This document shows, piece after piece, positions 1 to 10,461 of a stretch of 39,154 bases of DNA; positions within the stretch are counted from its first letter, which is position 1, and each line of letters opens with the position of its first letter. Location: assembly GCF_006345805.1 (NCBI RefSeq), contig NW_021835689.1, positions 1 through 39,154 on the forward strand, in the 5' to 3' direction. The notes below the pieces were generated by a model that saw only the letters and a list, made by a program, of their open reading frames with translations, was not told where the DNA came from and made no database searches. The stretch comes from Octopus sinensis. Taxonomy: Eukaryota. Made by a program: the position numbers and the translations under genes.

Positions 1-279
1 ATACATACACATGCTCACACAGACAGACATATATAATATATATATATAAATATATTATATAATACATTTTTATATAGCTACATCAGAAATACACACAGAC
101 ATACATACACACACAGACACACACATACACACACACACACACATATATATATATTCCCCACTGCAGACGCACATCTTAATATATATTGGACATTCCCAGC
201 AGCCCTCTGTGCTGTAGTTTTTATCGAAGCATGCATAATTTAAAGTGCAGTCCCTTTCTGTATACATAGATTATGTGGA

Positions 280-331
280 TTGAAGAGATGGATAGATGCA
301 ATTAGTATATTGTGCTGGTTTAAGACAGTGC

Positions 332-366
<35 letters not shown>

Positions 367-2165
367 CTGGCAGCTTGCGGTGCCTGTATTAGTTGGAATG
401 GTAGTGATGGTGGTGGTGGTGGTGGTGGTGACGGCAGTGGTGGCAGTGGTGCCGTTGTTGTTGTTCTTGTTGTTGTTGTTGTCTTTAGTAATGGAGGTAG
501 TGGTGGTGGTAGTTAAGGTGGTGGTGGCGGTGGTGGTGGTTGGTGGTGGTGGCGGTGGTGGTGGTTGGTGGTGGTGGCGGTGGTGGTGGTTGGTGGTGGT
601 GGTGGTGGTTGGTGGTGGTTGGTGGTGTTCGAGGTGATGCTAGCGCCAGTGCTGGGTCTGATTGTGCTGTTTGTGTTTTTGTTGTGGTTGCTGGTGATGG
701 TGATGGTGGTGGTAGTGGTGGTGGTGGTGGTGGTAGTTGTAGTAGTAGTAGTAGTAGTGTTGGTTGTGAGGATGGTGTCGTGGTGATGGTTATGGTTATG
801 GTTATGGTTGCAGTTGTGGTTGTGGTCGTGGTTGTGGTTGCAGTGGTGGTGAGAGTGTTGGTGCTGGTTGAGCTGATAATATTAGTGGTAGTGGTGGTGG
901 TGGTGGTGGTGGTGGTGGTGGTGGTGGTTGTGGTGGCGGTGGTAGTTGTAGTTGTAGTAGTAGTAGTGTTGGTTGTGAGGATGGTTGTCGTGGTGATGGT
1001 TATGGTTATGGTTATGGTTGCAGTTGTGGTTGTGGTCGTGGTTGTGGTTGCAGTGGTGGTGAGAGTGTTGGTGCTGGTTGAGCTGATAATATTAGTGGTA
1101 GTGGGTGGTGGTGGTGGCTGAAGTGTAGTGGTTATCTGAGTGGTAGTTTTGGCTGTGGTTGTTGAAGTGGTATTAGCTGTTGAAGTGATGGTGGTGGTTG
1201 TGGTGGTAGTGGTGGTAGTGGTGGTTGTGGTGGTAGTGGCAGTTAATGATTTTGGTGGTGGTTGTGGTGATAGTAATGATAGATGAGTTGGAGTTGGTGG
1301 TTGTGGCGGCAGTAGTGGTGGTGGTGGTGGTGGTGGTGGTGGTGGTGGTGGTGTGGTGGTGGTGGTGGTGGTGGTGGTAGTTGAAATGGGGTTGGTGTTT
1401 GTGTTAGTGGTGCTGGTGGTGGTGGTGATTGTTTTGGTAGTAGTTACATTGGTGTATTAAATTGTAGTAGTAACAGTTGTTGTGCTAGTTGGAGTAGTTA
1501 CAACAATGGTAGCCATGTGGGTAGTGGATGTAGTGGCGATGGTAATGGTAATAGTGGTTGTGGTATCAATGGTTGTAGTACTGATAGTTGTATTGGTTAT
1601 AGTTGTGGAAGTGGTGAATATGGTATTGGCGATCATTGTTGTAATGATTCTAGCGGTGGTGGTGGTTGTGGTGATGACTATGGTGGTCAAAGTAATTTTA
1701 GAGACAATTAAAATTGTTGTGGCATAGGTTGTAGTATTACTTGCTGTGTTTGTCATCGTAGCGGTGGTTGTTCATGTTGCTGTGGTCGAGGTGGTAGTGC
1801 TGCAGTGAATTTTACTATGGTAGTAACAACAATAGTTGTAGAAGTGTTGGTTATAGTATTCATTATAGTACCCAGTATTTTTGATAACAGTTGTGGCAGT
1901 GGTAGTTAGTAGTGGTGATGGTTGTTACAGTAGTGGAGGTAGTTCAAGGAAAAGTTATATCAACAGTAAATAGCAGTAGTGTATGTGGTAATTTTGGCAG
2001 TAGTAATATGAGTGGTGGTTCGCTACAGCAGTTACGTTTGCGGTTGTTGTAGAGGATATAGTACGGAGAGTGGTTATAGAGACAGCATGTCTATTTATTG
2101 TTATATATGCTGTTGTTTTGTTGTAGTTGCTGCTGTTGTTGTTATTATTGTTGTTAGCACCACCA
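280..2165. repeat. Compound (GGT/GTT/GTA/GCT)n trinucleotide low-complexity array
   Basis: Continuous degenerate GGT/TGG/TAG/TGC triplet runs; the poly-Val/Gly/Cys ORFs are repeat translations. Contains a 210-bp internal duplication (about 735-900 and 945-1110). Confidence 0.95.
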
Positions 2166-2379
2166 CCCGCTTCCACCAGATTTGCATTCCTGTTTGAGTG
2201 AACCTATAATCACAGACACTTCCAGCCATGACCCTCTCGTCATTCTACATATATATCCACAGACGCAATACCTAATGTGTCCTTTATTCCTTTAAGACAT
2301 TAGAATGTGATTTGTGGTAAATTTAGCTTCTATGTCTAGCACATCAACTGACCACACATAGGAACCTATTTTAATTTGT

Positions 2380-3190
2380 ACAACAGTTGTCGAAGTAGTC
2401 ATTGTTTGGGATGTAGTATTTTTAGCTATAGCAATAGTAGTTTCAGTGGTGGTTGTTATAGCTGTAGTATAGTTGGTGTTCATAGGGGTACTACTTGTGG
2501 TAGTTGCTGTCGTAGTATAGATTGTTGAGGTTGATGTAATATCAAACAGTGATTATAGGAGTATTGTTTGTGGTCGTTGTTACAGTTGGGATGGTTACTC
2601 TGGATATAGTACGGGTGGTGATAAGGGTGGTAGTGTTTGAGGTAGTCACTGTAGTATAGTGGTGGTGGTGGTTGAAGTTGTTTTAGAAGTGGTTAAGGTA
2701 GTTGCTACTTTGGTAGTTGTTACTTTTGTGGTGGTAGATAGGATGGTAATGATGATGATGATGATGAGGAGGAGGAGACGACGGACGACAACGACGACGA
2801 TGATAATGGTGGTGGTGGTGGTAGTGGTGGGGATGATGATGATGAGGAGGAGGAGGAGGAGGAGGAAGAGGAGGAGGATGACAACGATGACGACGATGAT
2901 GATGTTGGTGGTGGTGGTGGTTGCGGTGGTGGTGGAGATGATGATTGGAGATGGATGAGATGATGATGATGATATGAGACTAACGTGACAGTTCAATGAT
3001 CAATGATGATGATGATCATGACGATGGTAGTGGTGATGGTGCAATGATGATGATGATGTTGATGACGACAACGCTGACGATGACGACGATGAAGAAGATG
3101 ATAAAGATGATGATGTTCCTGATGGTCATGATGATGATGACGACGACGACGTCGATGATGATGACAACAACAACAACAACAACAACATCA
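2380..3190. repeat. Compound (GTG/GAT/GAG/GAC)n trinucleotide array
   Basis: Degenerate GGT, GAT, GAG and GAC runs, ending in (AAC)n. Confidence 0.9.
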
Positions 3191-3229
3191 TTATGACTTT
3201 CAATCTCTTTAATGCTATCCTTCCATGCC

Positions 3230-3545
3230 TGTTTCTTTTTACTGCTTTTGTATTTTTTCTCTGTTTTTTTTTCTTTACTAATTTCTCTCTCTCTCCCTCT
3301 CTCTCCCTCTTTCACTTTCTCTCTCTCTTTCTCACTTCTTCTCTCTCTCTCACTTCCTCTCTCTCTCTCTCTCTCTCTCTTCCTCTGTCTCTTTGTTTCT
3401 ATCTTTCATTCTTTATATGAACGAATCTCTTTTGCTGCCTCTAACTCTTCCTCTTCTTCTCTCTCCTTCCATCCCCCTCCACCTCCCCTCTCTCCCTCCT
3501 TCTTTCTCTCTCTCTCTCTCTACCTCACTCTTCTCCTCCTGTCTA
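3230..3545. repeat. (CT)n / polypyrimidine tract
   Basis: CT/TC dinucleotide runs and T-rich stretches. Confidence 0.9.
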
Positions 3546-3913
3546 TTTCTATGGTGTCTGATTTATCTTACTGGCACACTGCATGTCTTTTGCTTATGTT
3601 TGCCTGATTTTAAAGATTGTCTGCCTGCATGTGTCTATGCAACTCTGCCTGTTTTTATTCGCCTAAAATTATTCATCTCAATCTATCGGTTCAACAATAA
3701 TTTTTTTTTTTTTTCCTTTTTGCATATTCTTGTATTTCCTTCTTGAACAAGGGTGGATAATAATCCCCTTACACAGCCTGGTTTAGCACCATTTCCTGGC
3801 CCATAGGTGCTGCCTTTACCAGAGGCAAATATATTCCAATCATTTGGAACAGATTCTAGCAAAGATTATTCTAACCTCACAGTCCACCATAGTTCTTTAT
3901 ACTTTCTTACATA

Positions 3914-4136
3914 CTCTCTTTACTCTTTACTCTTTTACTTGTTTCAGTCATGTGACTGTGGCCATGCTGGAGCACTGCCTTTAGTCAAGCAAATCGACCC
4001 CACGACTTATTCTTTGGAAGCCTAGTACTTATTCTATTGGTGTCTTTTGCTGAACTGCTAAGTTATGGGGATGTAAACACACCACCATTAGTTGTCAAGC
4101 GATGTTGTGGGGACAAACACAGACACACAAACATAT

Positions 4137-4167
<31 letters not shown>

Positions 4168-4343
4168 TACATATACATGACGGGCTTCTTTCAGTTTTTT
4201 CTTCTACCAAATCCACTCACAAGGCTTTGGTCGGCTCGAGGCTATAGAGGAGGACACTTGCCCAAGGTGCCACACAGTGGGACTGAACCCGGAACCATGT
4301 AGTTCGTAAGCAAGCTACTTACCACACAGCCACTCCTACGCCT
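3914..4343 (-). mobile_element. tRNA-derived SINE family A, full length
   Basis: Minus-strand head AGGCGTAGGAGTGGCTGTGTGGTAAGTAGCTTGC...GGTTCCGGGTTCAGTCCCAC (A/B-box-like), internal (TA)n/(CA)n, and tail TGACTGAAACAAGTAAAAGAGTAAAGAG. Collinear with 34383-34853. Confidence 0.9.
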
Positions 4344-4410
4344 ACATGTCAACAAAATAATCTAAACCCACACTCTTGGACAATTTTCTCTACCCTTAAA
4401 TCTCATACAT

Positions 4411-4470
4411 CAGCAGATCCCAACCTTTTTTTTTGCACCCCAGACCAGTTTAAGCAAAACAATTTTTCAC
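4411..4470 (+). mobile_element. Possible hAT-Charlie-type (MER1-like) terminal relic
   Basis: CAGCAGATCCCAACCTTTTT...GCACCCCAGACCAGTTT...ACAATTTTTCAC resembles the CAGCGGTCCCCAACCTTTTTGGCACCAGGGACCGGTTT...ACAATTTTTCCAC terminus as I recall it. No second terminus found. Confidence 0.35.
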
Positions 4471-4481
4471 ACATGATTTGT

Positions 4482-4646
4482 AAAATGCACCCAGTACGCT
4501 CTGCTAAGTGGTGGTCATCATAGGAACCATTCTACGGAAGACATTTGGAGTCTGGACAGCTCCCTGCTAGCTAGCTCCTTGTCAAACCATCCAACCCATG
4601 CCAGCATGGAAAGCAGATGTTAAACAATGATTACGATGATGATAGC
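4482..4646 (+). mobile_element. RTE-type 3' tail fragment
   Basis: Ends CCAACCCATGCCAGCATGGAAAGCAGATGTTAAAC followed by (GAT)n. The same motif occurs at 13637-13810 (minus) and 31935-31989. Confidence 0.7.
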
Positions 4647-4700
4647 AAAACAATAAAGTGTATGATATATAATTTAATTGTTAAATATATAATGCATAGA

Positions 4701-5042
4701 GAAGGCGCATGGCTCAGTGGTTAGAGCATCGAGCTTATGATCGTGAGGTTGTGATCGTGAGTTCAATTCCTGGACCGGGCTGCATGTTGTGTTCTTGAGC
4801 AAGGCACTTTATTCTACGTTGCTCCAGTTTACTCAGCTATAGAAATGAGTTGTGATGTCACTGGTGCCAAGGTGTATCGGCCCCTTTGCCTTTCCCTTGG
4901 ATAACATCAGTGGCATGGAGAGGGGAGGCTGGTATGCATGGGTGACTGCTGGCCTTCCATAAACAACCTTGCCTGGACTTGTGCCTCGGAGGGTAACTTT
5001 CTAGGTGCAACCCCATGGTCATTCATGATCGAAGGGGATCTC
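4701..5042 (+). mobile_element. tRNA-derived, CORE-like SINE family B
   Basis: A box TGGCTCAGTGG, B box GAGTTCAATTCC, CORE-like GTGTTCTTGAGCAAGGCACTTTATT...CAGCT..AAATGAGT. Collinear with 6934-7229. Confidence 0.85.
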
Positions 5043-5063
5043 CTCCTCCATATAATTCATATA

Positions 5064-5977
5064 TGAGGTGTTATGTAAAGGTTCCCGGACTAGTTATGTT
5101 TAATAAAAAATAACTTATAAATAAATTTTAACACCATTTCCTTCAAAATAGTTACCTTACACAGCAATACACCGGTCCCTGTTTTCTTGCCACTTTTGGC
5201 ATCCTGCCTGGAAATCGTTTTCCATAAGCAAGTTGAAGACTTCTGTAATTCACTCTTGATCTTGATAACAGCATTAAAATGGTAACCTTTGAGCTGCATT
5301 TTCCTCTTGGGGAAGTGCTGGAAGTCTGCAGGTGCTAAATTTGGTGAATAGATTGGGTATGGAAGTGATACCATGTTGTCTGGGTTGAGAAACTCACAAG
5401 AGAGGAGAGCTTGGCAACAGGGGGAATTGTCATTGTGAAAAATCCAATTCGTTGCACTCCACAAATCTATTCACTTTCGCCAAATGTCCTCCCTCAAGCA
5501 TTTCAAAATGTCGTTGATTGTCCTCCAAAAATCTTCATGCACAAGCTGATGAATTTTCTCCCCATTTCTTGGGGTGACGCTCATGACAGGTCTTCCAAAT
5601 CACACTTCATCTTAAAGGGACATTCTTCTGCTCTTGAAGAGACCATGCTACTCAAAACATTGTCTACAAACCATTGCCTCATCCTTGTAAGCTTGCTGAA
5701 GCATTCTCAACGTCTCTGTATTAGACTTCCCTAGTTTAATGCAGAATTTCACGTTGGTTCTTTGTTCCAACTTCCAGTCCATGACAAGAATTGCAAACTA
5801 CAGCATGTACATGATCACAAAAGCATAAATTCCACAACTTGCAAAGTAAACACATCAATGACATTCAGCACATTACCTCATGAAGATCACTACCAGCTCT
5901 CACTGTACACACAACTATGTGTTGCCATCTGTTGGCATGCTACATAACTAGTCTGAAAACTTTTTGATATCACCTCG
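5064..5977 (-). mobile_element. Internally deleted mariner (Tc1/mariner, DD34D) DNA transposon
   Basis: 36-bp TIRs at 5064-5099 and 5942-5977 (28/36 identical), each flanked by TA (5062-5063, 5978-5979). Encloses a decayed transposase. Confidence 0.92.
5115..5782 (-). pseudogene. Mariner transposase pseudogene
   Basis: From ATG 5782: MDWKLEQRTNVKFCIKLGKS..ETLRMLQQAY..GRP..EDFWRTINDI|LKCLREDIWRK*IDLWSATNWIFHNDNSP...YSPNLAPADF (34 residues between the two Asp). Frameshifted end KWQENRDRCIAV*GNYFEG; several in-frame stops. Confidence 0.92.
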
Positions 5978-5993
5978 TATATACATATAATGA

Positions 5994-6300
5994 GGAGGTG
6001 CAATGGCCCAGTTGTTAGGGCAGCGGACTCGCGGTCGGAGAATTTCAGTTGTGATTCCCAGATCGGGCGTTGTGTGTGTTTATTGAGCGAAAACACCTAA
6101 AGGCTCTGGCTGGGGCGATGGCGACCCCTGTTGTACTCTTTCACCCCAACTTTCTCTCAGTCTCTCTTCTTGTTTTTTGAGTAACGCTGCGATGGACTGG
6201 CATCCCGTCCAGCTGGGGGGAACACATATGCCACAGAAACCGGGAAACCGGGCCCATGAGCCTGGCTAGGCTTGAAAAGGGTGCATAAAAAAATAAATAA
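5994..6300 (+). mobile_element. tRNA(Arg)-like-headed SINE family D (similar to octopus OR-type SINEs)
   Basis: Head GGAGGTGCAATGGCCCAGTTGTTAGGGCAGCGGACTCGCGG (TCG in the anticodon position), then GTGTTTATTGAGCGAAAACACC; A-rich end. Head shared with 24098-24394. Confidence 0.85.
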
Positions 6301-6335
6301 AAATATGCATATAAAATGCAGTAATAGTTTGCTTA

Positions 6336-6545
6336 GGTATGGTGTTTGTCCCTTTCTCACCCACCCCATCACTTGACAACCAGTGTCACTGTGTTTATGA
6401 ACCCATAATTTAGAGGTTCAGCAAAAGAGACCAATATAAAAAGTAATGGGGTTAATTCTTCCGACTAAAAATTCTTCAAAGTGGTGCCCCAGCATGGCCA
6501 CAGTCTAATGACTGAAACAAGTGAAAGATGAAAGATGAAAGATAA
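6336..6545 (+). mobile_element. SINE family A, 3' half
   Basis: CTTGACAACC...CCCCAGCATGGCCACAGTCTAATGACTGAAACAAGTGAAAGATGAAAGATGAAAG matches the family A tail. Confidence 0.8.
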
Positions 6546-6833
6546 ATGATATTAAGATTTATATTTCACAGGAATCACTGCAGGTTTTTGCTGCAGGACA
6601 CACATCCTGAATTTAGTCGAAACTGCATCTCAAAGACTGGCTTTGGTCCTCAGAGCCAGACAATAATTCCAGATCCCAGCATTAATAACCAACTCGTTAC
6701 AAACCTCAGCTGTGACCCAAAATAGTGTATTGCACTCACATCTGGGTTGGTACTGATGCAAAGTGTACATACACCTTAGATTCCATGGTAGGAAAGGACA
6801 CTTGTCTCATTGGTGTGAAGCTGTTAACCCTCA

Positions 6834-6865
<32 letters not shown>

Positions 6866-6933
6866 CCATTGGCTCATAGATATACTGTCTCCTCTCTCAG
6901 ACTTTTCTACTGCTTCCAATAAGGCCTCTAGGT

Positions 6934-7229
6934 GAAGGTGCATGGTTCAGTGGTTAGAGTGTTGGGCTCACAATCATGAGGTAGTGTGTTCAATTCCCAG
7001 ACCAGGCTGTGTGTTGTGTTCTTGAGCAAGAAACTTTATTTCATGCTGCTCCAGTTCACTCATCTGTAAAAATGAGTTGTGATGTCATTGGTACCAAGCT
7101 GTATCAGCTTCGCCTTTCCCTTGAATAACATCAGTGGCACGGGCAACTGCTGGTCTTCCTCAAAACAACCTTGGAGGGAGGCTTTCTAGATGCAATGCCA
7201 TGGTCATTCATGACCGAACGGAGTCTTTA
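6934..7229 (+). mobile_element. SINE family B with internal deletions
   Basis: Collinear with 4701-5042 but lacks two internal blocks in the 3' half. Confidence 0.85.
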
Positions 7230-7710
7230 CTCATTTACCCTAATATGGCTTCTGCTCCTCTGATCTGGTTGATCCCATGCTACATCTACTCAAACGCTCA
7301 TAATTCACCCGTCTGCATGCTTCCTCCTTTTAGCATCCTTATCATTTCCCCTCACCAATCCTTACACTGACCAATACATCCAGTCCTTGCACTGACCAAT
7401 ACATCCAGTCCTTTCTTCTCGTAATGTTGGCTCTCTGAAATTTTCCCTTCATACATGTTTTACTTGCAGCCATTAACTTTCAACTGATCAGGAAGAATAC
7501 TAACCATGCTGTTCTCGATGGTCCCAAAGGAACTGCGAAGACCAGGAGCATAACACCTTCCTCTTAAATCAAAACAGTAAAATAAAAAGTCTGCCAAAAT
7601 ATCAAGTAGTTGCTTTTTGTCTCTCTTGCATCTATAACTCTATAATTCTTCATGCGAATCTTTATTTCTTGTCTATCCTTCCATTGGTCTATAATCCTAT
7701 TTCTCTATAT

Positions 7711-8227
7711 AGGCACAAGTGTAGCTATAAAAGTGGCTGTGTAGGGAGAAGCTTGCCTCCTGACCACACAGTTAAGTTTTCAGTCCCACTATGTGACACC
7801 TAGGCCAGCCCAAGGCTACTATAGCCTTGGGCTGAACAAAGCTTTGTGAGTGGATTTGGTAGACAGAAACTGAAAGGCAGCAAGCTGGCAGAAACATTAG
7901 CACACCAGGTGAAATGTTTAGCGGTATTTCGTTTGCCGCTACGTTCTGAGTTCAAATTCTGCCGAGGTCGACTTTGCCTTTCATCCTTTCAGGGTTGATA
8001 AATTAAGTACCAGTTACACACTGGGGTCGATGTAATTGACTTAATCCCTTTGTCTGTCCTTGTTTGTCCCCTCTATGTTTAGCCCCTTGTGGGCTATAAA
8101 GAAATAAGAAACTGAAAGAAGCCCGTTGTGTGTATGTCCCCCACCCACACTTGACAACAGGTGTTGGTGCATTTACATCCCAGTAACTTAGCAGTTCAAC
8201 AATAAGTATCAGGCTTAAAAAAAAAAA
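7711..8227 (+). mobile_element. SINE family A split by a family C insertion
   Basis: 5' part 7711-7876 ends ...GGTAGACAGAAACTGAAAG; the element resumes at 8107 AGAAACTGAAAGAAGCCCG... and continues to 8227. Confidence 0.8.
7877..8106 (+). mobile_element. SINE family C, full length, 12-bp TSD
   Basis: GCAGCAAGCTGGCAGAAACATTAGC...CTGAGTTCAAATT...TTTAGCCCCTTGTGGGCTATAAAGAAAT, flanked by AGAAACTGAAAG at 7865-7876 and 8107-8118. Confidence 0.92.
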
Positions 8228-8412
8228 GTGTACTCTTGGCCTATAAGTCTATAAGTCTGTTTTTCTCTCTTTAAAATTCTACTGCTCTATTTCCAAGAAA
8301 ACTGCCTGATTAGGATGAGCTAAAGAGAGTGGCTGTATGTGGTCGTTCAACATGCTAGAAAGAGCAGCCAAATTCTTCTCAAAATAAACCTTAAAAGTAG
8401 TAATGCATTATG

Positions 8413-8782
8413 AACAAGAGCACTCAGAGAGCACAAACCTCTGCCAAGGCAACACCAACATCCTGTCAATGATTAGCCAGAGATGATTTTCAAAATGAGA
8501 ATATCTGAAATAAACTCAACTGCTCTCACAAACGAGAATACTAAATATGAATCTGATTGCTCTCAAAAATTATGTAAAAAGAAAACAGAAAAAATAATCT
8601 AGAATCCTTGTTCGGTATTGGATCAACCCCAAAATCTAATCAGTTCATGCCAGTCATGAGCCCAAACATCCCTGGAAGTTTCATCTGAATCCATCCTGTG
8701 ATTCCTGAGATATCTTGTCCACGTACAAACAAACAAATGTAACTGAAAACAATAACTCCACCTTCGCTTAGGCAGAGGTAAT
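8413..8782 (-). mobile_element. Helentron-associated non-autonomous element (HINE-like)
   Basis: Subterminal inverted repeats ACCTCTGCC (8437-8445) and GGCAGAGGT (8771-8779). Degenerate hairpin at the 8755-8779 end, and a GTGCTC-TCT-GAGTGC stem-loop (minus strand, 8420-8434) just outside the other subTIR. This is HINE/DINE-1-type architecture. Confidence 0.6.
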
Positions 8783-8797
8783 AATGTAATCTCAGTT

Positions 8798-9034
8798 TAA
8801 GGTGGCAAGCTGACAGAAACATTAGCATGCTGGGCGAAATGCTTTGTGGTATTTCGTCTGCCGTTACGTTCTGAGTTCAAACTCCACTGAGGTCGACATT
8901 GTCTTTCATCCTTTCGGGGTTGAGTAAATAAGTGCCTGTTATGCACTGGGGTCGATGTAATCGACTTAATCACTTTGTTTGTCCTTGTTTGTCCCCTCTA
9001 TGTTTAGCCCCTTGTGGGTAATAAAAAAATAAAC
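8798..9034 (+). mobile_element. SINE family C, full length, 15-bp TSD
   Basis: Same body as 7877-8106, flanked by AATGTAATCTCAGTT at 8783-8797 and 9035-9049. Confidence 0.92.
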
Positions 9035-9458
9035 AATGTAATCTCAGTTGGAATGCTTAAAAATGACAATCGGCTGGTTCCTGCTAGAATTCTTTCGACC
9101 AAAGCTCCACTGAATCCTGTCTTACCTAGGGCTAAAGTATAAAATACCTTATACTGAAAAAGATCTCAATGCAAATTATGGAACTGACCCAGAACATACC
9201 TATCACATGTTGTCATACGATAATTCTTGGTGTCGTAAACCTATTCACAATAGTTCCAACTAATGAGAACATTAGCAGTTGTCAGAATCAGGTTGGAAAA
9301 TGACAACACACTCAATAAGAGAAGAAAATTGCTACTTGGCAACATAATAGAAATGTTGACTCTTGTGTGTAAAGATAATTCTCTTCTAACTGTAAAGATG
9401 TGTTGTAGCAAGGTTTGAACGGAAAGCAAAAGGATTTTGTTATTATCAATAGTAAATA

Positions 9459-9850
9459 AAAGACGGCAAGATGGTAGAGTTGTTAGCACACAGGGTAAAA
9501 TGCTTAGTGGCATTTTGTCTGTCTTTACATTCTGAGTTCAAATCCCGTCATGGTTGACTTTACTTTTAATCCTCTCGGTGTGAAATAAAATAAATACTAG
9601 TGCTTAACTGGTATTTATTTCATCAACCTCAAAAGGATGAAAGGCAGAATTTATGAATCTATAGCATATCCTAATTTTTATTACGATTAGAATTTATTGT
9701 CTCATGTTGAATAAAAATTTTTAAAGTTTAGTAAATTTGAACTAAATTTGAAGTAAATTTGAACAAATTCGCCAAAATTTGAACTCAGGACGTAAGGACA
9801 GGTAAAATGCCACTAAGCATTTTACCTGGTGTGCTAATGATTCTGATGAT
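9459..9850. mobile_element. Two opposed SINE family C fragments (plus 9459-9600; minus 9605-9850, interrupted)
   Basis: Plus copy GGCAAGATGGTAGAGTTGTTAGCACAC...GAGTTCAAATCC; minus copy ATCAACCTCAAAAGGATGAAAGGC...TTTGAACTCAGG...AAGCATTTTACCTGGTGTGCTAATGA. Confidence 0.75.
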
Positions 9851-10461
9851 GACAGCAGTAGTGGTTGCTGTAACAGCAACAATGATGAAGATGATAATAA
9901 GAACACGTGAGCAGACAGGGTTAACAGGGTTACTCGACAGCCAAATCATCAGAGTTCAGCAAACTCAAAACCTGAACGAATCAGTAAAGTGCATTGTTTA
10001 TCCAATGTCTTTTGTACTCTTTACGGTATGACCCCTGCAGAGAATTAACAAGATGATCTTCATTGAGCCAACAAACAACTTCAAAATGGTCATTGAAGCT
10101 GATGGAAGTAATAATAGCGACTCACACTCCTTTGAATCTTTAACAAGGAATCATTCCTAAGGCAAATTGGAAGAGTTATTAGAGTGTCAGATAAATTACC
10201 GGATTTGTTCTGATTTGCTGCACTTTAAGTTCAAATTTCACTGAGGTCAAAACTGATTTAAAAAAAATTTTTTTATCATATAGAGATTGGTATAAAGGTA
10301 CCATCAAAGGCAGAGAATTAGCTGAAGATTTAGAGAGTCAGTCAAGATGCCTTGCACTGTATTCCAGATATCTGGGTTCTGTCATCAATGCCTGTGATGA
10401 GACTGGTGCCAAGCTGTATCATATAAAGTTAGTGACCTTTCTTTTGGATGAACAATTGGTG

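Noticed and set aside
540-1121. Val/Gly-rich 193-aa ORF and neighbouring poly-Val/Thr/Cys ORFs
   Set aside because: Translations of (GGT/GTT)n arrays, which lack stop codons by composition.
5994-6070. tRNA genes at SINE heads (also 4701, 24098, 28102)
   Set aside because: The cloverleaf is incomplete, with no acceptor-stem pairing, and each head continues into a multi-copy SINE body.
9935-10150. Protein-like minus-strand frame FNDHFEVVCWLNEDHLVNSLQGSYRKEYKRHW
   Set aside because: Only about 50 codons, no recognisable family, ambiguous splice signals; cannot be supported without a search.
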